Origin: Oculatellaceae cyanobacterium bins.114
GTDB lineage: Bacteria; Cyanobacteriota; Cyanobacteriia; Elainellales; Elainellaceae
NCBI GenBank assembly: GCA_033764315.1
Contig: JANRJA010000128.1
Span: 1 to 31,937, forward strand
Length of the DNA: 31,937 bases
Direction: 5' to 3'
A program made the translations under genes and the position numbers. Below, piece after piece: positions 16,128 to 26,000 of this stretch. The notes beneath the pieces are model-generated. The model was not told where the DNA came from. It made no database searches and saw nothing but the letters and a program-made list of their open reading frames with translations. The first letter of the stretch is position 1, and each line of letters opens with the position of its first letter.

Positions 16128-19100
16128 ATGAAGATGAATATGTCACCCCTGCCCCGCATCAAGGATTGTGTTAGCCAACAGTTGCCTCAAAGAGGGTTGG
16201 CGGTTGGCGGGGTGCTGTTGGCGTGTGGCAGTGTTTTGAGTGGCAGTGTTTTAATCAGCACCCCAGCCCTGGCTCAAATCGTTCCAGACAACTCGTTGGG
16301 AGCAGAGCGATCGCGCATCAACGAAAACGTGCAACGAGGCAATCAACTGATTGATCAAATCACGGGTGGGGCGGCGCGTGGCTCCCTGTTATTTCACAGT
16401 TTTGAAACCTTTAACGTGCAGCGAGGGCAACAGGTTTATTTCACTAACCCGTCTGGAATCAATTCTATTCTCAGCCGAGTCACAGGGAACGACCCGTCCG
16501 ACATCTTAGGAACGTTGGGCGTAGACGGAAACGCTAATCTGTTTTTGATCAACCCAAATGGCATTCTCTTTGGTGCTGACGCTCGGCTAGATATTCGCGG
16601 TTCGTTTGTGGCAAGTACAGCCGATCGCCTCTTATTAAATGATGGGTTGGAATTTAGTGCTGTGAATCCTGAAGCACCGCCATTATTAGTGGTGAGTTTG
16701 CGTCCCGGTCTGCAACCGGGGGGAGTGCCACTCGGTTCGACGATCGCCAGTGCAGGTAATTTGTCAGTGGGTCAAGATTTGACCCTGGTGAGCGATCGCC
16801 TCAACTTAACCGGACAGCTTCAATCAGGTCGCAATTTGACACTGTTAGCCAATGATGTGCAAATTCGAGATACTCCCTCGACTCCCTTTATTGCCAGTGC
16901 CACAGGGCAACTGTTGGTGCAGGGCGATCGCACGGTGGATATTTTCGCACTCAACCATCCCAATAGCGGGCTGTTTGCAGGGGGCGATCTAGTGTTGCGA
17001 TCGCCCAACCCTGTGACGGGAGATGCCCACTACACGGCGGGCGGCAACTTTCGCATTGAGCAACCCAACGGTGAAGCTGGAGCGTTGACCAGTCCCAATG
17101 ACCCGGTGATTCGGGCGGGCGGTGATGTCCGCTTTGGGACGTATACTGGTGCATCGCTGCACATTTTTGCAGGAGGGGCTGTTACGATCGACAGCGTTGA
17201 AATCAATGCACCTGACCCAGCCAACGGCATTCAAGAAACCGTTAACTTGTCCAACGGTGGAACGGTTGCCATCGATGGCAGAACCCGACCCACCCTCGAC
17301 ATTCGCGCCGGAACAACAGCAGTGGGGACACCTGGAGTGACAGGTACTCCTCCAGCAGATCTAGACACGACAGGTGCAGCCACATCTGGGGCGATCGCCA
17401 TCAACTCGATTCGCATCAGCCAACCCAATGGCTTGGTGTTTTTGAGCAACCAATATCAGCCCAATCTTGCTCTGACCAGTGGCCCAATTCGAGTTGGGTC
17501 GGTGAACCTAGCCAATGATGCTGGGGGCGGTTCGGTGGTGATTGATGCTCGCGATCGCCTGCAAGTGAGTGGGGTGGTCGATACATCAGCCGTTACGGGC
17601 AATGCGGGTAACGTGCAATTCCTGGCAGCGGGTGATCTGGAGCTACAGCCCGGATCAGAGATTCGAGCACGGGGGCTAATTGGTGGGGCGATCGCCCTTC
17701 GTAGTGGGGGCAATTTATCCTTTGTTGGGGATAATGATGAAGCCCCTGAAGGCATTCGGTCGGTCACGACAGGAAATGGCACAGGCAGCAATGTAACGTT
17801 AGAGGCTCCATCTATTTTTGTCGGCAATAGTGAAATTTTAATTACCCTGGCGGAAGGAGCCACGGGACGAAGCGGTGACCTGATCATTCGAGCAGGGTCA
17901 TTTGCGACGGACTTTGTCACCATTGTGACCGATGTATTGGGTACAGGCTCTGGAGGCAATGTGTTGATCGAGGCAGATACGATCAACATGAATAACGTTT
18001 TTTTAGGCAGCGTTGTTGCTGAAACTGGGGTAGGTGACAGCGGCAACCTGACCGTTAACGCGCGATCGCTCTCAGCTCTGTTTGGCACTCAAATCGGTTC
18101 TTTTACCGCAGGGCAAGGCAACGCAGGTGATGTCACAATCAACGCCAGTGAATCGGTCAGCTTTGATGGGTCTTTGTTCATTCCACCCCCAGATCCGCTT
18201 TTTTTCCCAAGTGGTGCGTTTAGCACTGTGCAGTTTGGGGCAATCGGCAGTGGCGGCAATCTTAGTATTACGACTCCGACTCTCTCGGTAACGAATGGGG
18301 CACAGTTGCGAACCAGTACAGAGGGTAGTGGCTCTGGGGGAGTCATCACCATCAACGCCACGGATGTCACCTTTGATGGCACGACATCAAATGAGTTAGT
18401 GGGAGTATCTCCCTCAGCGGCGGTGAGTGAGGTGTTGCGCGGGTCTGATGGCAGCGGAGGTGATATTCGGATCACGGCTCAAAACTTGTCAGTGACCAAC
18501 GGAGCACAACTACGAGTCAGCACAGAAGTAGCTGGAGATGCTGGAAGTATTCAAGTCAATGCCCCAGAATCCATTACTCTGTCAGGTGCTGATCCCACTC
18601 GTCGCCGCCTCAGTGGATTGTTTGCTGATACGCAACCAGGTTCAACCGGAAATAGTGGCAGCATTACCGCAACCAGCGATCGCATTTCGCTTGAAAATGG
18701 TGCTCAAATCGTAGTTGGTAGTCGGGGCACAGGTCAGGGAGGCGACATTCGCCTTCGAGCAAATCGCCTGTCTCTCAACAATGAAGGCTTTATCTCAGCC
18801 GAAACTGCCAGTAGTCAGGGAGGCAACATTAACTTACAGGTGCGAGACTTGACCACATTGCGAGACAACAGCCGCATCTCGACGACCGCTGGAACCGCTA
18901 GAGCGGGGGGTGATGGAGGAAATATCACCCTTAACTCTGAGTACATCGTGGCCGTTTCTACCGAAAATAGCGACATCACTGCAAATGCCTTTGAAGGACG
19001 AGGCGGCAATATCCGTATTACTACACAGGGCATTTTTGGCATCGAATTTCGCGAAGAAAACACCCCCCTCAGTGATATTACGGCAACGTCGGAGTTTGGG

Positions 19101-19511
19101 GTGGATGGCTTTGTTGAGATTAATCGCCCAGATGTAGACCCCAGTCGCGGCTTGGTTGCCCTTCCTGCGGATGTGGTGGATGCTTCACAACTCATTACCA
19201 GAGGCTGCTCTGCGGGAGGGACACTGGCTCAAGAACTGGGTGAATTTGTGGTGACAGGACGGGGTGGTTTACCCCCCAACCCAATCGAACGCCTTGCTAA
19301 TGATTCTGTGTTGGTCGAATGGGAAACCTTAGAGGCTGAAACCCCGGGTGTTACTTCAGTGGAAATTCCTCTTGTGGTCGCACAAACCCAGCCGATCGTA
19401 GAGGCACAAGGGTTAGTCAGACAACCCAATGGACGAGTCGTGCTGGCAACTCAAACCACACAGGTGACCCCTCATAACCCCTGGATTGCCCAAACTACCT
19501 GCCGGGGTTAA
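16128..19511 (+). CDS. Filamentous haemagglutinin family exoprotein (TpsA-like beta-helix)
   Basis: Signal peptide ending PALA-QIVPD, haemagglutination-activity domain (LFHSFETFNV, NILSRVTG-like, LFLINPNGI), repeated G(N/D)(A/G)G.I.I coils and the conserved C-terminus FVVTGRGGLPPNP..IVEAQG. Start could be 16128, 16134 or 16140. Confidence 0.92.
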   Translation: MKMNMSPLPRIKDCVSQQLPQRGLAVGGVLLACGSVLSGSVLISTPALAQIVPDNSLGAERSRINENVQRGNQLIDQITGGAARGSLLFHSFETFNVQRGQQVYFTNPSGINSILSRVTGNDPSDILGTLGVDGNANLFLINPNGILFGADARLDIRGSFVASTADRLLLNDGLEFSAVNPEAPPLLVVSLRPGLQPGGVPLGSTIASAGNLSVGQDLTLVSDRLNLTGQLQSGRNLTLLANDVQIRDTPSTPFIASATGQLLVQGDRTVDIFALNHPNSGLFAGGDLVLRSPNPVTGDAHYTAGGNFRIEQPNGEAGALTSPNDPVIRAGGDVRFGTYTGASLHIFAGGAVTIDSVEINAPDPANGIQETVNLSNGGTVAIDGRTRPTLDIRAGTTAVGTPGVTGTPPADLDTTGAATSGAIAINSIRISQPNGLVFLSNQYQPNLALTSGPIRVGSVNLANDAGGGSVVIDARDRLQVSGVVDTSAVTGNAGNVQFLAAGDLELQPGSEIRARGLIGGAIALRSGGNLSFVGDNDEAPEGIRSVTTGNGTGSNVTLEAPSIFVGNSEILITLAEGATGRSGDLIIRAGSFATDFVTIVTDVLGTGSGGNVLIEADTINMNNVFLGSVVAETGVGDSGNLTVNARSLSALFGTQIGSFTAGQGNAGDVTINASESVSFDGSLFIPPPDPLFFPSGAFSTVQFGAIGSGGNLSITTPTLSVTNGAQLRTSTEGSGSGGVITINATDVTFDGTTSNELVGVSPSAAVSEVLRGSDGSGGDIRITAQNLSVTNGAQLRVSTEVAGDAGSIQVNAPESITLSGADPTRRRLSGLFADTQPGSTGNSGSITATSDRISLENGAQIVVGSRGTGQGGDIRLRANRLSLNNEGFISAETASSQGGNINLQVRDLTTLRDNSRISTTAGTARAGGDGGNITLNSEYIVAVSTENSDITANAFEGRGGNIRITTQGIFGIEFREENTPLSDITATSEFGVDGFVEINRPDVDPSRGLVALPADVVDASQLITRGCSAGGTLAQELGEFVVTGRGGLPPNPIERLANDSVLVEWETLEAETPGVTSVEIPLVVAQTQPIVEAQGLVRQPNGRVVLATQTTQVTPHNPWIAQTTCRG

Positions 19512-19596
19512 AAGGGGAAAAGGTAAAAGTGATGGGTCGCTAGCGGCTAACCCCTGCTTAGTAATTCTGCTCAGTAACTAAATGATCAGTAATAAA

Positions 19597-19631
19597 TGAC
19601 CGACGACCAATGACCAATGACCAATGACAAA
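19597..19631. repeat. STRR2-type heptamer tandem repeat (TGACCAA x5, degenerate)
   Basis: tgaccga cgaccaa tgaccaa tgaccaa tgacaaa; the reverse complement is TT(G/T)GTCA. Confidence 0.85.
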
Positions 19632-19681
19632 TCCTTAGCATTCAGTACTCCTGGTCTTGATTGAAAGCGTAGAGAACCTCA

Positions 19682-19695
19682 GTAGAACTTTTTAC
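19682..19695. promoter_or_regulatory. Possible NtcA site (GTA-N8-TAC)
   Basis: AGTA-GAACTTTT-TACA, overlapping the palindrome GAACTTT-TTAC-AAAGTTC; no -10 box at the canonical class II spacing. Confidence 0.35.
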
Positions 19696-20052
19696 AAAGT
19701 TCATCAAGTCACCGGGGTCTCCGTAAAATTTCGGTGAAGGTTCGATCTATCACTTCGGTTTTCCTCTCGATTTGTGTAAATATCTTGGTCATAGATACAT
19801 TGAAATAATAAAAGCTGGACTCTTTTTCGACGTGGACTAGTTACGCCATCAGGGACAAGCCGTTTTTGCACACGATGCCTTCATTGGCGATCGCTGTTTG
19901 AATTAATCGCAAATTTAGGGTTACGCAGGGATGGATCAGTTCTGTTGAGATGAACTGGTTTGCATCCTCTATTTAGTTTCGTTTACCAGCCCTCAGTTGC
20001 CTGCTGTTGGGTGAAATTTTGTTGTTCCGCTGCCGTCTTTGGAGAGCCTACA

Positions 20053-23000
20053 ATGCCAGTCTTACAAGGTGTTGATCGTCACGCTACGTCTATCCAAGCC
20101 CGTTTAAACACGATCATTCATTTAGCGGCTAATTACGATCGCCCATCCTCCCTATCCATCCGCTCTCCTCGCCCCCTTGTTTGCATCGATCGCACCGTGC
20201 CTGACTACTACAAGCTAGTCAATGGGACGGTCTCCGACTGTGATATCGCGTTGTTAGACTCCCGCGAAGATGGCATTCTGCAAATTACCAATGCGCTGCG
20301 TCACTATCAATCCGTGACAGTGCTGCATTTGGTGTCTCATGGTAAACCGGGTCGGCTCTATCTGGGCAACAACGAGCTAAACGAAACCACGATTGAATAT
20401 TACGCCGATGCACTGCGTCAGTGGTCAAATTTGCTAGCACCAGAGGCCATGATTTTGGTGTATGGCTGCTCTGTCGCGGCTGAGGATACAACCCTATTAC
20501 ACCGACTACATGAGTTAACCGGACGGGCGATCGCCGCTTCTAGCACCCCCACCGGAGATGCGGCTCAGGGCGGCAACTGGGATTTAGATGTCGTCATTGG
20601 TGCAGACGCGATCGCAGATACAGACGCGATCGATTCTAGTACAGATGCGATCGATTCTAGTACAGACGCGATCGATTTTAGTACAGACGCGATTAATCGC
20701 GTCTCTTCCCCCTTTACCACGATTAATCGCGTCTCTATCCCTTCACCCTTCATTACAGACGCGATTAATCGCGTCTCTTCCCCCTTTACGCCTGAAACCC
20801 TCGCCACCTATCGCGGTCTGCTCGCCATCTTTACGGTGACGAATACCAACGACACTGGAACGGGTTCATTACGACAAGCGATTCTTGATGCGAACGCAGC
20901 AGGGGGCGCAGACGAAATTCGCTTCAATATCGCCGGGGCAGGGCCACACACGATTACTCCCTCGACGGCTCTGCCTACCATTACTGGACAGGTGACGATT
21001 GATGGCACAACGCAACCGGGTTTTGCAGGCTCTCCCCTGATTGTAATCAGTGGGAGTAGCATTCCCACTGGAACTGGGTTGTCGTTGAGTACTAGCAGCA
21101 GCACCATTCGTGGACTGGTGGTCAATGGGTTTAGCGGCAGCGGTGGCAGAGGTATCTCAATCGCTGGTTCTGACAACGTCATTGAAGGCAACATCATTGG
21201 TCTAGCAGCCGATGGCACAACCGTTGCAGCCAACGCACAAGGGATCGATATTTCCTCCGGCAACAACAACCTGATTGGAGGCACCACAGCGAGTGCCCGC
21301 AACATAATCTCTGGTAACAGTGGAGTGGGTATCCGAGTTTTTGATGCCACTGCAACCACGATTCAAGGAAACTACATTGGTACCGATGTCAATGGCAACG
21401 AGGATCGGGGGAATCTCTTTGGAATTCAGCTGAATTCCTCGTTAACATCGCCCGGTTTGACCATTGGTGGTACAACAGCAGCGGCTCGTAACGTCATCTC
21501 AGGCAATGGCACAGGCATCGTTCTACTCAACGGCAACAGTTCAACGATCGCCGGAAACTACATCGGGGTCAATGCGGCGGGAACAACGGCTGTAGGTAGC
21601 GTTGCCTCTAACTTCACAGGTATTCAAGTTCTTACAGCTAGCAATACAATTGGTGGCACAACGGCGGGAGCAGGCAACGTGATTTCGGGTGTTAACACTG
21701 GAATTGTGGTTGCAGGAGCAGGTTCCACTGCAAACCAGGTGCAGGGCAACTTGATTGGCACCAATGCTGCCGGAACTGGAGCGATTATTAATGGAACTAC
21801 AGGGGTAAGTATATCGGGGGTAGGGAACACCATCGGGGGTTCTGCGACAGGGGCAGGTAATGTCATTTCTGCCTTCCAGTTTGGAATAACAGTTGCTGGA
21901 ACAGACCACGTCATTCAGCAGAACCGAATTGGTACGAATGCGGCTGGAAGCGCATCACTCGGTAATGTTCAGGCTGGCATTCAAGTTAACACCGGTGCCA
22001 ATAACCTGATTGGCGGCACAACCGCTGCCGAACGCAACGTTATTTCAGGCACCTTCTTTGGGGATGGCATTCAGTTACTCAACAGCTCGACTGGCAACCA
22101 GATCTACGGCAACTACATTGGCACTAATGCCGCCGGAACTGGAGCGATCGCCAATGGTAATAATGGTATTTTGATTGACTCTGGGAGCAGCAACAACCTG
22201 ATTGGGGGGACAGTAGCTGGTCAGAGCAACATCATTGCCAACAACACGCAAGATGGGGTGGCGATCGCGGGCACGGGCACGGGCAACCAGATCCAGGGCA
22301 ACAGCATTTTCAACAACGGGCAACTGGGCATTGATCTGGGCAACAACGGTGTGACCGCTAACGATGTTGGTGATGGCGACACCGGAGCGAATGGGTTGCA
22401 AAACTTCCCGGTGATTACAGGATTGACTGACGGCAATATTAGCGGTACTCTCAACAGCACACCGAGCACGACTTTCCGAATTCATTTCTTTGACAACACC
22501 GCCGCCGATGGCAGTGGCAATGGGGAAGGGCAGCGATCGCGCGGGTTTCAAGACATCACCACCGATGGCAGCGGCAATGCCACGTTTAACTTTGGCTATG
22601 CGGCTGAGGCGGGAAGACCCGTTGTTACGGCGACAGCAACGAGTCTAAGTACAGGCAATACCTCTGAGTTTTCTGTTGCTGTCAATCCTCTAGTCGTCAC
22701 CAACACCAACGACAGTGGACTTGGCTCACTGCGAGCGGCGATCGCCTATGCCAACAGTGTTTCCGGTGCCCAAACGATCACCTTCAACATTCCCGGTGCA
22801 GGTCCGCACACGATTAGCCCACTGACTAACCTGCCTGACATTACTGGACAAGTCACGATTGACGCAACAACGCAACCGGGCTATGCAGGCACTCCGTTGA
22901 TTGCGCTGAATGGCTCACTCAATGGGTCGCCTGTTGATATTGGTTTTAACCTGCGCCCTGGCTCAGATGGCAGTGCCTTTAAGGGATTGGTGATCAACAA

Positions 23001-26000
23001 TTTTGATTTCGCTGCGTTCTTCGTCGAATCGAATGGCAACACCTTCCAGGGAAATTACATTGGCACAAACGTTGCCGGAACCGTTGATCAAGGCAATGGG
23101 GGTGGCTTTAGCATCAGTGGCAACAACAATATCATCGGTGGCGCTGGCGCGAATGAAGGCAATCTGATTTCAGGAAATGGTTACGGAATTAGCCTGGTTG
23201 GAAATGGCAACACCATTCAAGGCAACTTGATTGGTACAGATGTCACCGGACTAGTTGGACTTGGCAACACCTTTGAGGGCATCGCTCTAACACTTTCGAC
23301 CGGCAACACGATTGGAGGCACAACGGCAGCCGCCCGAAATGTGATTGCGGCAAATGGCGACGATGCGATTAGCCTGATTACCCAATCCAATGGTAACTTC
23401 ATCCAGGGCAACTACATTGGGGTGGGTACTGACGGTGCTACGGCATTGGGCAATGGCAATCGCGGGATTTACCTACAAGAATCCTCTAGCAACGAGATCA
23501 CAGACAACGTCATCTCAAACAGTGCGACCAACGGAATTGAACTGTTTGGCCCCAGTAACCTGTCTGACAACAACATTATCCAGGGCAACTTCATCGGCAC
23601 CGATGCCGCAGGCACCCTTGATTTAGGCAACACAGGTGCAGGCATTCTTTTGCGCGGTGGTGCTGACAACAATACGATTGGTGGCACGACTGCCGCTGCC
23701 CGCAATATCATCTCTGGCAACGATACCAATGGCATCACCATTACCAATGGTGCAACAAGTAACACGATCTTAGGCAACTACATCGGCACAAATGCTGCTG
23801 GAACAGCTGATTTAGGCAATAGCTTAAATGGCGTGTCAATTGAGGACGCAGGAAATAACTTGGTGGGTGGTTCGACATCTGGGAGCCGCAACGTTATCTC
23901 AGGCAACAACCAGATTGGGGTGAATATTGCGGGAGCAACGGCAATAAACAATACAGTAATCGGGAACTACATTGGCACCAACGCCGCAGGGACGGGGGCG
24001 ATCGCCAATGGCTCTGGCAATGTCACCGATGCTGGTGTGTACATCATTGATGCAATCAACAACACCATTGGAGGATTTAGCTCAGACGAGCGCAACGTCG
24101 TCTCTGGTAACAATGGCACAGGGATCATTCTCTCCGATGGTGCCACCGAAAACTCGGTGCGGGGCAACTACATAGGCACCCAGGTGGACGGTACGAGCGC
24201 GTTGGGCAACTCCATTGGTGGGATTCGCATTCAAAATGGAGCCTTCGAGAATAGCATTGGTGGCGCGATCACTGGAGCGGGTAACACGATCGCCTTCAAC
24301 ACCTTTGAAGGAATTGCAATTCCTTCCGGTGTCAACAACTCAATCTTGGGGAATTCCATCTTCTCGAACACCGCATTAGGCATTGATCTAGGAACTGATG
24401 GGGTGACGGCTAACGATGCAGATGATGTAGATGGAGGAGCCAACAATCTCCAAAACTTCCCGGTACTGACGGCTGCCACCGTAGTTGGTGGTAATACCAC
24501 CCTTGCGGGAACGCTGAATACCACTGCCAATACCAACATCCGCATTGAGATCTTCAGTAACGATGCAGCGGATGGCTCCGGCAATGGTGAGGGACAAACC
24601 TTCCTCACGGCGATTACAGCAAATACCGATGGCAGCGGCAACTACACCATCAATGAAGTGATTGCCCAAGACCTAACAGGCAAGTTCATCACAGCGACTG
24701 TCACCAATCTTAACGGGGATACTTCTGAGTTTTCGGGAACGATCGAAGCGTTAGCGGGTGGTGATCCGTTAGTTGTCACCAACACCAACGACAGCGGGGT
24801 TGGTTCTCTGCGAAATGCGATCGCCTTTGCCAACAGCAACCCCGGTGCTGATGTCATTACCTTTGACACCACCTCTGGTTCTCCCTTTGCCGACGCAACC
24901 CCCGACACGATCTCGCTCACCTCGGGTGGTTTTAAAATCATCGATAGCGTCACCCTGACAGGCTTAGGTGCAAATCTGCTCACGATTCAACGCGATGCAG
25001 GAGCCAGTGATTTCCGCTTATTTACCATCGAAGGTATTGGCGGTTCAGATATTACAGTCACATTTGAGGGATTAACGCTATCAGGGGGGCGATCGATCGG
25101 TGCAGAGGGTGGCTATTTTGGAGGAGGTGCCATCTACAACTTTGAGGAAAGTGTCCTGATTCGTAACAGTGCTCTGATCAATAACTTCTCCGATAATGAC
25201 GGTGGGGCGATCAGCTCTACTGGACTCTTGACCATTGAAAATAGCTTAATTGCAAACAACACCGCAGATAGGGGAGGTGGGATCAACATCGACAGCACTT
25301 CTGATGATCCGCCTCACACCACCGTTGTCAGCAACAGCACGATTTCTGGTAACACGGCTACGTTTGAGGGTGGAGGTATTTATACCACGTATGGATCAAC
25401 CCAAATTCGGAATAGCACCATTACCAACAACACTGGACTGGATGGAAGCGGTAGTGGGGTTGCTAGCAGCAGCAACACTACAGTAGAAGTCGTGTCTAGC
25501 ATCATTGCAGGGAACACCAACTCCGATGTTGATGTGATTGGAGCATTTGACAGCTTCTTTACCAGTTTAGGAAATAACCTGATTGGCACAGGAAATACAG
25601 AGGCGATCGCTGCTTTCACCCAACCAACCGACATCACAGGGATCACTGACCCTGGATTGAATCCCTTAGACGATAATGGTGGACCTACCCAAACCCATTC
25701 TCTAACCGATACCAGCCTCGCTCGTGACACAGGCAGCAACCCCGATGGGCTAACAACCGACCAACGCGGAGCAGGCTTTCCACGGGTATCGAACGGCAAT
25801 ATCGACATTGGGGCATTTGAGTTTTTTGTTAATCCACTCATTGTCACTAACACCAACGATAGTGGGGCGGGTTCTCTAAGGGCGGCGATCGACTTTGCCA
25901 ACAGCAACCCTGGATCTGACACGATTACCTTTGACACCGCCTCAGGCGTCTTTGCAGACTTAACACCCGACACAATTTTGCTCACCTCGGGTAGTTTTGA

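Noticed and set aside
19644..19657. Cyanobacterial LexA box (AGTACTCCTGGTCT)
   Set aside because: It mismatches the conserved right half of RGTAC-N3-DGTWC and has no supporting context.
19512..20052. c-di-GMP or other known riboswitch upstream of the adhesin
   Set aside because: I could not find the conserved GEMM-type motifs by eye; an Rfam scan would be needed to exclude it fully.
20620..20789. CRISPR array
   Set aside because: The repeats are adjacent tandem units without unique spacers, lie in frame within a CDS, and no cas genes are present.
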